The position numbers were made by a program, and so were the translations under genes. 64,000 nucleotides of DNA from Scenedesmus sp. PABB004 (taxonomy: Eukaryota), in the NCBI GenBank assembly GCA_014905635.1, contig JABVCE010000025.1, positions 434,001-498,000 on the forward strand. Reading direction: 5' to 3'. The notes under the pieces were generated by a model that was given only the letters and a program-made list of their open reading frames with translations, had not been told where the DNA came from and searched no databases. Below are positions 12,314-24,859 of the stretch, in pieces (position 1 is the first letter of the stretch; each line of letters begins with the position of its first letter).

Positions 12314-12732
12314 GGGCGCGCTGGCGAGGGCAGCGCCGGTCGGCGCGGCGCGCTGGCAAGAGCAGCGGCAGCGGCGCCGCCGAGCGCGCAGCGCGCGCGG
12401 TCGCGGGTCGGCGCTGGGTCTGCCTGGTGAGAGAGCTCTGGCGCTGCTCCCCGAGCTCCGAGCTTGAACCACAACGCAAAACACGTGGTTTGGGGTGTGC
12501 CGCTTGCGCCGCGCATTTTGGCCAACACACCGCCGCCGGCGAGCCTCCCGCGACTTGCCCCTCTTCGTCATCCGACACGCACGCGCCGGCCCGCCCGCCC
12601 GGCGCCGCCGCGGCCCGCCACGGCCCGCCGCGCCGCAGCTGCTGCTGCTGCCGCGCCGCACGCGCCGTCCTGCCCGCCCGGCGCCGCGGCCTGCCGCGGC
12701 CCGCCGCTGTCGCCGCCGGCGCGGGAGCCAGG

Positions 12733-13648
12733 ATGCCGGGGCGCTGCAGCTTCGTGGTCACGGGATTCGGAGCCTTTGCTGGCGTGGCGCACAACCCCAC
12801 GCAGGCGCTCGCGGAGTGGCTCGCGGCGCGCGAGCACGCCGAGTCCGGGTACGACGTCGCCGGCGTGCACGTCCTCGAGGTCTCGGCCGGTGCCGTGACT
12901 GACTGGCTCGCCGAGCAGGCGGCCGCGCTCGAGGCGGCGTGCGCGCGCGGCGGCGGGCCGGTCGTGCTGCTCCACCTGGGCGTCGACGCGGCCCGCCACG
13001 GGTTCAACCTCGAGGAGTGCGCGGTCAACACCTGCACCTTCCGCTGCCCCGACCAGCGCGGCTACCAGCCGACGGGCGAGCCCATCGAGCGCGGCGCCGG
13101 CCCGCTGACGAGCGCGCGGCGCACGGGCCTGCCGCTGCCGCGCCTCGCCGCGGAGCTGCGCGCCGCCGGCTTCGACTGCCACGTCTCGCAGGACGCCGGC
13201 AGGTGCGCACGCGCGCCCCTCGCGCGTGCCCTCCCGCGCGCCCTTCCGCGCGCCGCACACCCGCCCCGCGCCGCGCCGTCGTCTGCCTGCCCGCCGGCCC
13301 CCAACTCCCCAACTGCTCAACAGGTTCGTGTGCAACTATGTGTATCACAAGTCGCTGCGCCTCGCGGAGGCGCTCAGCAGCAAGCAGCAGAGCGGCGCGC
13401 AGCCGAGCGCCGGCGGGGGCGGCGGCGGCGGCAGCAGCAGCAGCAGCAGCGACAGCTGGGTGGCGCCCGACGGCGGCGCGGCGGCGGCGCAGCAACAGCA
13501 GCAGCAGCCTGGCGGCGGCGCGCCGTGCGAGTGCGCGGCGGCGTGCCACTCGCTGTTTGTTCACGTTCCGTCGTTCACCAGCATCCCGGAGGACCGACAA
13601 AAGGCTTTCCTGGTGCACCTGCTCGCCGCAATCGCGGCGGCGGTGTGA
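12733..13648 (+). CDS. Pyroglutamyl-peptidase I (peptidase C15)
   Basis: Exons 12733-13202, 13325-13648. VTGFGAFAGVAHNPT, LHLGV, FNLEECAVN..FRCPD, SQDAGRFVCNYVY (catalytic Cys), LFVHVP (catalytic His). Confidence 0.92.
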
Positions 13649-13844
13649 CGGGGCGCGGTCGCACCGCCGACAACTCGGGTGACGCACGCCCCGCTCGTCG
13701 CCGCCGCTCGGCCGCCAGTCCCCGCGCCCTCTCCTGACACATGCTCACGGGATCCAGAGAGCCGCCCCAGCTTTGCCAGTCCGATTGCGGCGGCAGCACT
13801 TGGCAGCGGCAGCAGGGGCTGCGCAACAGCGGGCAGCGGCGGAG

Positions 13845-16229
13845 ATGCGCGCCGCTGGAGGGCCGTGGCTCGCGCCCAGCAGCTCGCGCGCGCCTTCGCC
13901 GTCGCAACGCCAGCCGGGCAGCACCGCCCGAGCAGCAGCAGCCCCCGACGGCGCGGAGCCAGCGCGGCGCGCGCTGCTCTCAGGTGCCGGCCGCCTGGCG
14001 CCGCCGCCGGGCCCTCACTCACCCCACCTGACTCACCCCACACACGCCCCCGGCCGTGCAGGCCTGCTGGGCGGCGCGCTGGCGCTGAGCCCGCCAGCGC
14101 CGTCGTCAGCCGCGGCGCCGCCGGCGCCAGCGACGCCAGCCGCGCCCGGCTGCGCCGCCGCGCCGGGCGGCAGCCGCGGCGCCGCGGCGGCGCGCGACCC
14201 CGCCATCAACAGCGGCTGCGCGACGCCGCCGGGCGTGCGGCGCGAGCGGGAGCTGCGCGGGCTGCTGCCGCCGCGCACGGTGGCACCGCAGGTCGAGGTC
14301 CTGCGCGCGCGCGCCGCGCTCGACGGCTGCTGCAGCGCGCTCGAGAAGCACCGCCTGCTCGTGGCGCTGCGTGAGACGAACGAGGCGGCGTACGTGGCGC
14401 TGCTGCGCTCCGACGTCGAGGGCCTCCTGCCACTGGTCTACACTCCCACCATTGGCGACGCCTGCTTGGCGTGGGGCAGCCTCGTGCCGCGCGCCACGGG
14501 GCTCTACATCACCCCCGCTGACCGCGGCCGCGTGCTCGACGTGCTGCGGCGCTGGCCGAGCGACGAGGTGCGAATAGCTGTCGTCACCGACGGCGAGCGC
14601 ATCCTCGGCCTGGGCGACCTCGGGGCACATGGCATGGGCATCCCGACCGGCAAGGCCGCCGTTTATGCTGCCGCGGGTGCGGCACACGTCGAGCGCCCGC
14701 CGCGCTGAGCGCCCGCCGCGCTGAGCGCCCGCCGCCACGGGCGTCAACCTGTCACGTGCCGCGCCGCGCAGGCGTGGACCCCGCCTGGCTGCTGCCCGTC
14801 ACGGTGGACGTCGGCACGAACAATGCCGTGCTGCGCGCCGACCCGCTGTGAGCGGCGGCGGCGGCGGAGGCAGCTGCGGCGCGGCAGCTGCTGGGGCTCG
14901 CCTCACGCCTCGCCGCGCGGCACGCGCCTCACGCTCCACGCGCCGCGGCGCAGTTACGTCGGCAACCCCGAGCCCCGCCAGCCGTGGGCGAGCACGCGGG
15001 AGCTGATGGAGGAGCTCGTCACCGCGCTGCACGTGCGCTTCCGGCGGCGCGTGCTGGTCCACTGGGAGGACCTGGCCGGCGCCAATGCCTCCGACCTGCT
15101 CGAGGTGCGTGCGCCGCCGCCGCTGCCCCCGCCGCCGCGCGGAGCCTGCGCGCTGTGCACGCGCCGCGCGAGAGCTGCGTGCGCCGCTGAGCCGCTGAGC
15201 CGCTGAGCCGCTGAGCCGCCGGCGCCGCAGCGCGTCGGCGGCGGCGGCCTGGCGCCGACGTTCAACGACGACATCCAGGCCACCGCCGCGGTCGCGCTCG
15301 CGGCGGCGCGCGGCGCGGCGCGCGTCCCCGGCGTGCCCCCGCTCGCGGCGCAGCGCTGGCTGCTGTTTGGCGCCGGCAGCGCTAACCTGGGCATCGCTCA
15401 AACGCTGGTCGCGGCGCTCGGGCAGGAGGGCGTGCCGCCAGCCGCCGCGCGGGCGCGCATCTGGCTCGTCGACAGCCGCGGCCTCGTCCTGCGCGGCCGC
15501 GAGGGCGGCCTCACGCCCGCCAAGGCCGAGTTTGCGCAGGACGCCGACGCGCTGCCCGGCGGCGCCGCGGCGGCGGCCGCGCTCGGCGGCGGCGCCGGCG
15601 GCGGCGCGGGGCGGCGGGCCCTCGCAGCGATCGTGGCGGCGGTGCGGCCGACGGCGCTCGTCGGCGCGGCGGCGGTGGCGGGCGCGTTCGACCGGCCCGT
15701 TGTCGAGGCGCTGTGCGCCGCGGCGGCCGCCGAGGGCGGGCCGGGCGCGCGGCCGCTCGTCATGGCGCTGTCAAACCCCACCAGCCGGGCGGAGGTGACG
15801 TTCGCGGACGCCCTGCGCTGGAGCTGCGGCCGCGCCGTCTACGCCAGCGGGTCGCCCATGGACGCCGCCACGAGCGCGGGCCGCGCGCTCGTGCCGGGGC
15901 AGGCGAACAACGCGCACGTGTTCGCGGGGCTGGGCCTGGGCGCCGTGCGCTGCGGCGCGGAGCGCGTGACCGACGCAATGCTCCTCGCGGCGGCGGCGGC
16001 GGTCGCGGGTGCGCTCGGCGCTGCGCGGCTGGGGCTCTGGCTGCGCTGGCCGGCGTGCTCGGCTGGGCGGCGGCGCGCCGAGCTGACCGCCGTGCTGCTC
16101 GCAGGCGCCGTGACGCCCGAGGAGCTGGCGGCGGAGACCGTGCTGCCGCGCATCGGGCGGCTGCCCGAGGTGACCGCCGCTGTGGCGGCCGCCGTGGAGC
16201 ACGCGGCCGGCGCACCAGCTGCAGCGTGA
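13845..16229 (+). CDS. NAD(P)-dependent malic enzyme
   Basis: Exons ~13845-13983, 14062-14676, 14772-14847, 14954-15104, 15231-16008, 16105-16229. LRGLLPP, LPLVYTPTIG, VTDGERILGLGDLGAHGMGIPTGK, VDVGTNN, WEDL, FNDDIQ, FGAGSA, LVDSRGL, ALSNPTSRAE, GQANN. Confidence 0.92.
15186..15218. repeat. Intronic 8-mer tandem repeat (GCTGAGCC)x~4
   Basis: ccgctgagccgctgagccgctgagccgctgagccgc just upstream of a malic enzyme 3' splice site. Confidence 0.8.
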
Positions 16230-16302
16230 CGCTGGTGGGCAACTGAGCCATTACACGCCACGCGTCTGAACAGCAAGCGGCTGCAGATGCGGCAGGCAGG
16301 GC

Positions 16303-19300
16303 TCAGATGTCGTGCACCCCAAAGGCCAGCTGCTCGAGCGCCGCCAGCGCGGCCTCGCCCTGCACGGGCACATCCAGCGCGAGCGAAGGGTCGGCCATCT
16401 CCATCAGCGCCTGCACCACGGCGTGCACGCTGGGCAGCGGCGCGTCCGCCCAGGCGCCCTGCGGCAGCGCCGCCGCCTCCAGAATCGCCTCCAGCACGGC
16501 CGCCGGCAGCGCGGCCAGCAGCTGCACGCCGCTGCCGCTCCCGCTTCCCCCGCCGTCGCCGGCGCCGTCGCCGCGCCCCGCCGCCGCCAGCAGCAGCAGG
16601 CGCACGGCGCGGCGGAAGGCAGCTGGGAAGCGCGCGTGCGTGGCGTGGCTCCAGCCGCGCACCAGGCGCCACTCGAGCAGCTCCGGCTGCGCGCGGCGCG
16701 GCGCGGGCGGCGGCGCGCAGCGCTCGCTCAGCGGGCGGCGGCGGGGCCCGGCAGCGCGCAGAGAGCGCTGGTGCCGCCGGCAGTGCGCGGCGCCCACCTT
16801 GCATGCCACGAACACGCGCCCCGCCGGCGTCACGGCCAGGCCGTTGACGCGCTGCGGCTCCGCCAGCTCGTCGGCGTAGGCCCCGCCCAGCTGCTCTGCC
16901 AGCTCCGCGGGACCCGCGCCCGGCTCGCCTGGCGGCGCCCCGGCGCCGTCGTCGGCCGCCCCGGCGGCACCGCGCGGCGGCTGCGCCAGCGGCAGCTTGA
17001 CGGCAGAGGCAATGCAGAAGCCCTGCGCGCTCCTGGGCGTCTCCTCGTTGCCGTCGGACGCCTCGGGCGGCGCGCGCTTGAACAGGCTGCGCCGCCCAGG
17101 CGAGCGGGCCGGGGCGGGGCGGGCGCCGGGTCAGGCGCGCCCGCGCGCGCGCACGGCGCCGCCTACCGGCGGCCAGCGCCCCGGCAGCGCGGCCAGCCAC
17201 GCCGCACCTGAGGTCGGCGACGTGCAGCGTGCCCGCCTCTTCGGCAAAGGCCAGCGTGCGGTCCCCCCAGCCGCCGGGGCCGCTGTCGCCGGTGCTGGAG
17301 CGGCTGATCGCCAGGGCCGCGGCCCAGCCCTCCAGCCCGGCAGGGCCCAGCAGCGCGTCGCACGCCGCGCCCGCCCCCACCGCTGCTGCTGACGCGCCCG
17401 CTGCCGCGGCCGCTGCGTCGCCGGCAGCGCCCGCGCCGCCCCCCGCGCCGTGCGCGCCCGCCGGCGCCGCGGGCGCGAACCGCACGGGCAGCACCGCGCG
17501 CTGTGAGAGGGTGAAGCTCGCGAGCGTTGCCCCCGAGGCGACCTCAAACACGGTGACGAGGCACAGCCGGTCGCAGCTCGCCGCGAGCAGGCTGCTGCTG
17601 CTGTTGAACGCCAGGTACTGGCAGCCCAGGCTGCCCTGCTGCTGCCAGCTCGTGTGCCGCGGCGGGAGCGGCTGGCAGAGGTCGAGCAGCGCCCCCGGGT
17701 GGTGCTGGTACCTGCGGCGGTGCGCGCCGACGTGGGCCGCGCGTCGCAGGGCCTGCAGCACGCGCGCCGGCCCGCGCGCGCCGGCCGCGGCGCACACGCC
17801 GCCGCCGCGCACCCCTTGCACGCCGGCAGCAGCGCGATGGCGGCCTGGTCCACGCCGACCGCGAGCCAGCGGCCGTCGGGCGAGGCCTCGGCAATGTTGA
17901 GCGGCAGGAGGAGCTGCGCCGTCGCAGCGAGCGCGGCGTCGTGCGCCGCGACCGCCGCCGCGCCGGCGGCGCCCGGCGGCGCGCCGGGCTCCGCCGCGGC
18001 CGCCGCGAGCGCCTGCGCCGTGCTCGCCGTCTGCGCCACCTGCAGCTGCGCGGCCACGTCGGGGGCGACGCCACTGATGGCGCACGTGGCCAGGCGCGGC
18101 GCGGCGCGCGCCTCGGACGTCTGCAGGCGCGCCGAGGGGTCGCAAGCCGGGCCGTGCCTGCGCACGAGTGGGCCGGGCGCGGCGGTGGGCCGCGGCGCGC
18201 GGGCGGCGTGGGCGGCGGCGCGGCGGCTGCCAGACCCCCCCCCCCCCCACACACACACACACACGCACGCCCAGGGACGGGGCTCACCGCAGCAGCAGCA
18301 CGCGCACAGCGGGCTGCATCGTGGGCACGCACGCCGGCGTGAGCAGGCGCAGCAGCAGCATCGCGTAGCACGCCCGCGCGACGGCGTCGGGCAGGTGCCC
18401 GCCGCTCCAGGCGGTGTCGCGCTGCTGGCGGCGCCACGCCGCCGCCTGGCGCTGCGGGCCCAGCAGGCCGGCGAGCGCGCGCTGGCCCGCCGCCACGCGG
18501 TGCAGCGCCTCCAGCGCCGGCGAGTAGCCTCGCATCGCGGCGACCATGCGCGTCGAGACGCTGGGGTCGCCGCAGAACTGCAGGCGCAGGCCCTGCGCCG
18601 CGCCCCAGGCCTGCATCGCCGCGTCGTCCTGCATGAGCGCCGCCAGGGCGCTCACGCGCACGCGCCAGGCCTGGGCGCCCGAGGCCGGGGGCGGGGGCGC
18701 GCTGAATGTGCTCGTGTCGGCCTCGGCCCAGCGGGCGAGGCCGCTGCTCCGCAGCTCGGTCAACATCACCACCAGCAAGCGCTCGGCCTCATCGATCGCG
18801 CGCCCAACCTCGTCCGCCGGGGCCAGCGGCTCCGGCTGCACGCGGCGCGGCGCCTGCTGCGCCGGCGTGCCCGGCCGCTGCGCCGCCGCGCCCGGCGGCT
18901 GCGCCGCATCAGCCTGCTGCGCGCCCGGCTGCGCTGCGGCGCCCGGCTGCGCCGCCGCGGCCGGCTGCTGCGCGTTCAGCAGCGCTCTGATCTGCTCGCA
19001 GAAGCGCCGGTTGAGCTGCGAACCCAGCGGCTCCCAGCTCGGCAGGCCCTGCACCATGAGCTCCGCCGCCGCGGCCGCCGCGGCCGCCGCGCCACCCGCC
19101 GCGCCGCTGGCCCCGCCACCGCTGCCGCCTGCTGCTGCTGCTGCTTTCGCCGGCTGCGCCTGCTGCGCGCTGCTGCTGCTGCTGCCGCTGCTGCTGCTGG
19201 GGAGGTTGAACAGATAAAGCCGGCCGTCCTGCGAGTGGCGCCGGGCGGCGTCGGCGGCCGCGCGCCAGCAGCAGCGACGGCGGCGCCGCCCCCCCCCCCC

Positions 19301-20411
19301 CCCCCCCCCCGCGCGCGCGCGCGCGCGCGGCGCCGCGCACCTGGTGGCTCACGAGCAGGCGCATCGCGCCGCCAAAGCGCCCGAAGCGCACGCTGTTGAC
19401 CATGTTGCTCGCGTCGCGCGACGCGGCGCACAGCAGCGTCGCCTCGTGCGCGAGCTGCCACGGCAGGCCGCCGCCCGCGCCGGCGCGCGCGCTGCCGCTG
19501 TCGTCGCTTGCGCCGCCGTGATCGCCGCCGCCGCCGCGCAGCACGCGGAAGAGCACGACGAAGCCCGAGTGGCCGCTCGCCGCCACGAAGCCGCCGCAGG
19601 GCGACGCCGCGATGGAGTAGTGGCTGAACGGCGTGGCCGCCGCCGCCAGCAGCGCCGCGGGCTGCGGCGGGCGGGCGGGCGGGCGGGCGGGTGGCGTGGG
19701 CGGGCGGGCGGCGTGGGCGGGCGGCAGCGCGAGGGCCTGCGAGGCGCCCGCGGCGCCCCCGAGCGCGGCCACACTGCCGCGCGCCGCCGCGCACCTGGCC
19801 GGGCGCGAGCTGCCACACGCTCAGCCGCGACCCCTGCGACAGCAGCACCTCCTCGGCGTCCGGCTCGCCCCCGGCCGCGCACGCACCGGCGCCGGCGCCG
19901 CCGCCCGCAGCGTCGGCGGCCGCGGGCGGGCGGGGCAGGAACGCGAGCGCGTCGGCGGTCTGGTGGTGGCAGGTGTCGGAGCCCACGCCGCCGTGGCGCG
20001 CCGGCGCGTCGGCGGTGAGCAGGCCGGCGTCGTGCGCGAGCACCGCGCTGTGCAGCGCGGCGCGCTGCCGCGGCGCGAGGAAGTCGTCCTCGTCGCCGAG
20101 CTCGTCGTCCAGCCACGAGTCGTCGTCGCTGCCCGCGCCCGCCTCCCACTCCTCCTCAAACTCCAGGTCCGAGTCCTGCCGCGGCGGCGGCGGCGGCGGC
20201 GGCGGCAGCAGCGCGTGGCGCGCCCGTCGGCAAGCCCGCGCTCGCGCACAGGGAGCAGCCCCGGGCGCACCTCCTCGACGAGCAGCTCTCCCTCGGCGTA
20301 GAAGTCGTCAGACTCGTCCGCATCGAGCGGGTAGCCAAACTCGTCGAGCTCCTCGTCCGCCACTGCTGCTCCGTCGCCCAGCTCGCCGGCACCGCCCTGC
20401 TCTGCATCCAT
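16303..20411 (-). CDS. WD40-like beta-propeller protein (DUF2415-like) with acidic N-terminus and C-terminal WSHATHARFPAAFRRAVRLLLL motif
   Basis: About 8-9 exons. Blade-like segments: YSIAASPCGGFVAASGHSGFVVLF, MVNSVRFG..LLVSHQDGRLYLF, LNIAEASPDGRWLAVGVD, CQYLAFNSSSSLLAASCD, LAFAEEAGTLHVADLR. TGTAA on the minus strand at 16251-16255. The exon chain is approximate and could represent two genes. Confidence 0.6.
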
Positions 20412-20883
20412 CGCGGATCCCGCGTGCGCGTGGGCGCGATGCTGCTGCCGGAGCGGGCGGCCCTGTCGCGCTGCTGGTGCGGCGCAGCAGCGGGCGGCGC
20501 GGCAGCAGCGGGCGGTGCGGCAGCACGGGCGGCGTGAGCGGGCGTGGCGGCACCCCGTGCGCTGTCTGTCCTGGCACCCCTGCCTGCGCGGTCAGGTGTG
20601 CCCAATCACGGCGCGGCGACGGGGTTCTGTTGCGGTTCAACGTCGCCGGCGGCGACTCGCCGCGCCAAAAAGGATCATCATCATCGCACAACACAAGCAT
20701 TGCGTTTGTTCGCAGGCGTGTGCGCCTGGCAAGTTCACACACACAGCACACACGCACGCGCACCCGCCGACCGCGCTGATGAGGGTTGAGGGCCACGCTG
20801 CGATTCCGTTTGTCGACGCACTCCCCCCGCGTTCGCCTGCACGCGCGCGCGATATCGCGCCGCGAGCACTTCAGTCATCGTTC

Positions 20884-23800
20884 TCACGCGCGGCGCGGCG
20901 GCGGCGCGGCAAAGCCGGGCACGGTGAGCACGCCCGCGACGGCGAGGCCGTAGGCGACGTTGAAGGCGGCGTAAAACGCAAACCCCGCGCCCGCGAGGCC
21001 GCGCCGCATCGCAAACCCGCACGCCGCGGGCAGCGCGAGCCACATGACCATGTTGGTCACGCCAAAGCCGAGCATCACGAGCAGCGGCGCGTCGAGCGGC
21101 ACCGACAGCACGCCGTGGTTGAGCACCACGCCCTGCGCCGGCGAGCAAGCGCGCGCGGCGGCGGCGGGTGAGCGCGCGCGCCGCGCGCGGCGGGCGAGCG
21201 CGCGCCCCGTGCGCCCCCGCGCGCCCCGCGCGCGCGCGCGCGCGGGCGGGCGCACGTATGCGAGCGCGCTGCCCATGCCCACGAGCAGCGTGAGCAGCGG
21301 GCTCGCAAAGCACGCGGCGACGGCCATGCTGGGGAAGCCGTCGCGCGCGAGCGCAAGGTTGTTGATGAGGTCGGGCAGCGCGTTGCCGTACGCGAGCACC
21401 GTCGCGCCGAGCAGCGCGGGCGACACGCCAAAGATGACGCCCGCCGCGACGCAGACCTGCACCAGCCACGCCGCGCTGATGTTGAGCCACACCACCGCCT
21501 GGCCAAACGCCATGACCGCAAACACGCCTGCGCACGGCGCGCGGGGCGCGCGCGGCGCGCGGTGGGCTGAGCGGGCGGGCGGCGGCGAGGCGCGCGCGCG
21601 CGTGCAAGAGCGAGCGAGGGAGGGGCGCGCGCGCCGCGGCGCGCCCACCCTTGAGCGTCCTGCGCGGCACGTTGCTGGCGGGGTAGGTCGTCCACACGAG
21701 CGCAGAGCCGATGCCCGCGCACGCGGCGGCGTAGGCCAGCCCGGGGCCGCCGACCGCGGGCGCGAGGCCGGGCGCGGCGACGAAGAGCGTCAGCGGCGCG
21801 GTGAAGGGCAGCAGCGCGGCGCGCCAGCGCTGGTAGTGGTGCCCCGGCCCCGTGCCCACGCGCGGCATGGTGCAGCTGAGCACGAGCATCAGCGGGTGCT
21901 GCAGGCGCTGCTTGAGCGTGCGCAGGGCGCTGCGCCGCGTGGCCGCCGCCTCCTCGTGCGCCGCGACGAGCGCCAGCTGCTCGTCCCACTGCTGCTCCAG
22001 CAGCTCCTGGTGCAGCTGCTCGTGCTTGTCCACCAGCTGCTGCACCAGGGGCAGCAGCTCCGGCGACTGCCGCAGCGACTCCAGCGCCGCGGCGTTCAGC
22101 GCGCGCGACGAGCTGCGCCGCAGCGGGGTCAGCTGGCCGTCCGAGACCGCGCGCGGGCTGAGCCTGTGCGGGGACAGCGCCTCCCAGCCCGGCAGGCCGC
22201 TGCCGGGGCCGTCCGCCTGCACGCCAATGTGGCCGAGGCTGCGGCGCTCGGTGAAGGTCTGATGCTTCTTCAGGACTCGCGCGCTCAGCTTCAACGCCGG
22301 CACCGCCGCGCCGTTGGCTGCCGCGCCGTTGGCCGCCGCGCCGTTGGCCGCTGCGCTGGCGCCGCGAGCCTCGCCGCCACCGTCCGGCTCGCCCGCGGCG
22401 CTGCCGCGCCGCCGCGGCGGCCCGGGCAGCGGCCCGTCGCTCGAGGGAGGGCTGCCGCCGGCGTCGTCGCTGGTCGTGGCACCGCGCACGCCCACGCCGA
22501 TCATGCCGCTGTCGTCGCTGCCGCACGACGCAAAGACGTGCCGCCGCAGCGACTCAAAGCTCACGTGCCGCTGCCCCGGTGCCTCGTCGGCGCCGTCGTC
22601 GCCGGGAGCGAGGCCGCCGACGCCGCCCCTGAACGAGAACTCGTCCACCGGCGTCAGCAGCGGCTCCTTCAGCGGGTGGCGCCGCCACGGCTGCTGCCCG
22701 CCGGCGACGCGCGGGCCGGGGCTGATCGGCCGCGCGCCGCACGCCGCCTCGCACGCCCCCGCCGCCAGCGTGGGCGTGCCGGGGCCGGACGCGCGGGACG
22801 ACGCGAACGAGCCGCCCTGCGCGGCGGCCGCCGCGACCGCCGCCGCGACAGCGGGACCGAGCGCGGACTCGAGGTCGGGCCCGATGCTGGTGGCAATGTC
22901 CATCATGCACGGCGCCTCGGACGCCTCGCTGGCGCAGCAGCTGGCCGGCATGTCTGCGGCGCGGGCAGCCGCCTGTCAGCGGACCGCGGGACCGCGCGCC
23001 GCGCCCGCCGCGGCCGCCGCGCGCATTCCGCGCGCGCACCCACGCCCTCCTCCTGCGGCACTTCGTGCAGCGCCGCGTCGGCGTGGACGGGCTCATCGCC
23101 TCGGCTAACCCAGAGCGTGACGGCCACGTACACGGCGTAAAAGCCGCACATCACGCCCGCCTCCCACAGCACCACCTGGCGCGCGGCGCGGCGGCGCCGC
23201 GGCGGCGGCGTGCAGCGTGGGCGCCGCGCCGCGGCCGCGCCACCGCGACAGGAGCCACCGCCGCCGCGGCCGTCGCTGCTGCGCGCGCCGCGCCTTGTGG
23301 TCAAAGAGCAGCGCCGCCATGATGAGCAGGGCGGCGAGGTAGAAGGCGACGTCCTTCACAAACGGGGCGCGCTGGATGCGCAGCTGCACCTGCGCGGCAC
23401 GCACGCGCGGGCGCGCCGGGCGTCGGCGGGCTGGCGCGGGGCGCAGCGTGCGCCGCGGCCGCCGCCGCCGCGTCGCGCCGGGCGGCGCCGCCGCGGGCGT
23501 GGCTCGCGCGTGCCTGGCTGGCGCGCGTCGCGACGAGCATGACGAGGCCGAACACGACGTTGCTCGCAAACAGCCCGCCGCCGAGCGGCTCCGCGAGCGC
23601 CATGCCCACCGACGCGCTGCCGCCCTGCGCGGGCGCGGCGGCGGGCGCGGCGGCGGGCGCGGCGGCGCGCTCGGGCGGGCCGCCCCGCCGGGGGCGCCCC
23701 GGCGGCGCGCGCGCGCGCGCGCGCGCCGCGGCCCGCGCCCCTCGCCGGCGCACCTGGCCGACCGCCGCGACCTGGGTGAAGATGTCGGGCGCGCCGTTGC

Positions 23801-24266
23801 CGAACGACAGCAGCGTCGCGCCCGCGACCGCGGGCGGCAGGCGCAGGTACTCTGAGATGAGCTCCAGCGCGGGGCAGAAGAAGCGCTCCGACACAGTCAG
23901 CAGCATGCCGAAGCACAGCAGCCCGCCGGCGAGCAGGATCGACAGCGACACCCACGGCCAGTGCTCAAACGTGCAGTAGTGCACGCGCAGGTAGCGCTGG
24001 AAGCCGCCCTCGGGGTAGCACTCGGCCGCGTGCGCGACCACGTACGCGCAGCGCTCCTCCGGCGCGACCGTCCACGGCGCGCACGGCGCCGCCTCCTGCA
24101 GCCGCAGCAGCCGCGCCGTGGCTCCGAGGCCGCCGGCGTGCGCGGCGCCGGCCGGCGCCGCCGCGGCCAGCGCCGCCGCGAGCAGCAGCAGCGGCGCTGC
24201 CGCCTGCGCCGCGCCGCGCCGCCGCGCCGCCGGGCCCGGGCGGACGGCCGGGTGTGCGCCCGCCAT
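20884..24266 (-). CDS. Cation/calcium exchanger (CCX/NCLX family)
   Basis: About 7 exons. Alpha-1 repeat FFCPAL..VAGATLLSFGNGAPDIF; FVKDVAFYL; long cytosolic loop; alpha-2 repeat LLGATVLAYGNALPDL..ARDGFPSMAVAACFASP; many TM helices. Two GC-AG introns. Confidence 0.92.
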
Positions 24267-24859
24267 GCTCAGCGCCTACACGCCATGCCCCTCCACGCCG
24301 CGAGCCCACGAGCGGGCACGGCGCCGCGGGAATCTGCTGCACACGTGCTGCTGCTCCGCGGCGCGGAGCAGCGCCGCGGGCACGGCGAGGCCAGCCCCTG
24401 GTGCCACGCACGCAGGCTGCGATCGCGGGCAGGCAGCAGCACGGGCGGGCAGGAGCTGCCCGCCGAGTACCAGCTGCTAGGTCAGGGAGAGGCCGAGGAC
24501 GCCGCGCGGGCGACGGGTGTGCGGGATGCGGTGGAAGGAGCGCAGAGCGGCCGCGCACCGCGTTCCGCCCCAACTGCAGCGCCGCCGCATGACGGCCCCG
24601 GCGGCGGCGCGGTCGGCCAATCCTCCGGTGCGAGTTACTCATTTCCAAGTCCGCCCTCACTCCCCCGGTCCGCGCCGCAGGCCGGCACGGCAGCCGCCCA
24701 GGCGCGCCGCGCGCGGCGGCGGCGCGCGCGGCACCCGCGCCCACGCGCCCGACGCGTCCCTCCCTCAACACGACGACGACGACGACGACGACCACACAGA
24801 CCGAGAGCAGCTCAGCTCACACGACATAGTGTACAGCGACGCGCGCCCGCGCAGCTCAG

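Noticed and set aside
13845..16229. Malic enzyme as a pseudogene because of fragmented ORFs and divergence
   Set aside because: Exons splice in frame via GT-AG, and the catalytic Tyr/Lys and metal-binding E/D/D residues are intact.
24450..24640. Coding-like plus-strand stretch (ELPAEYQLLG...) between CCX and the SpoVS-like gene
   Set aside because: Too short, with no supportable start, stop or exon chain.
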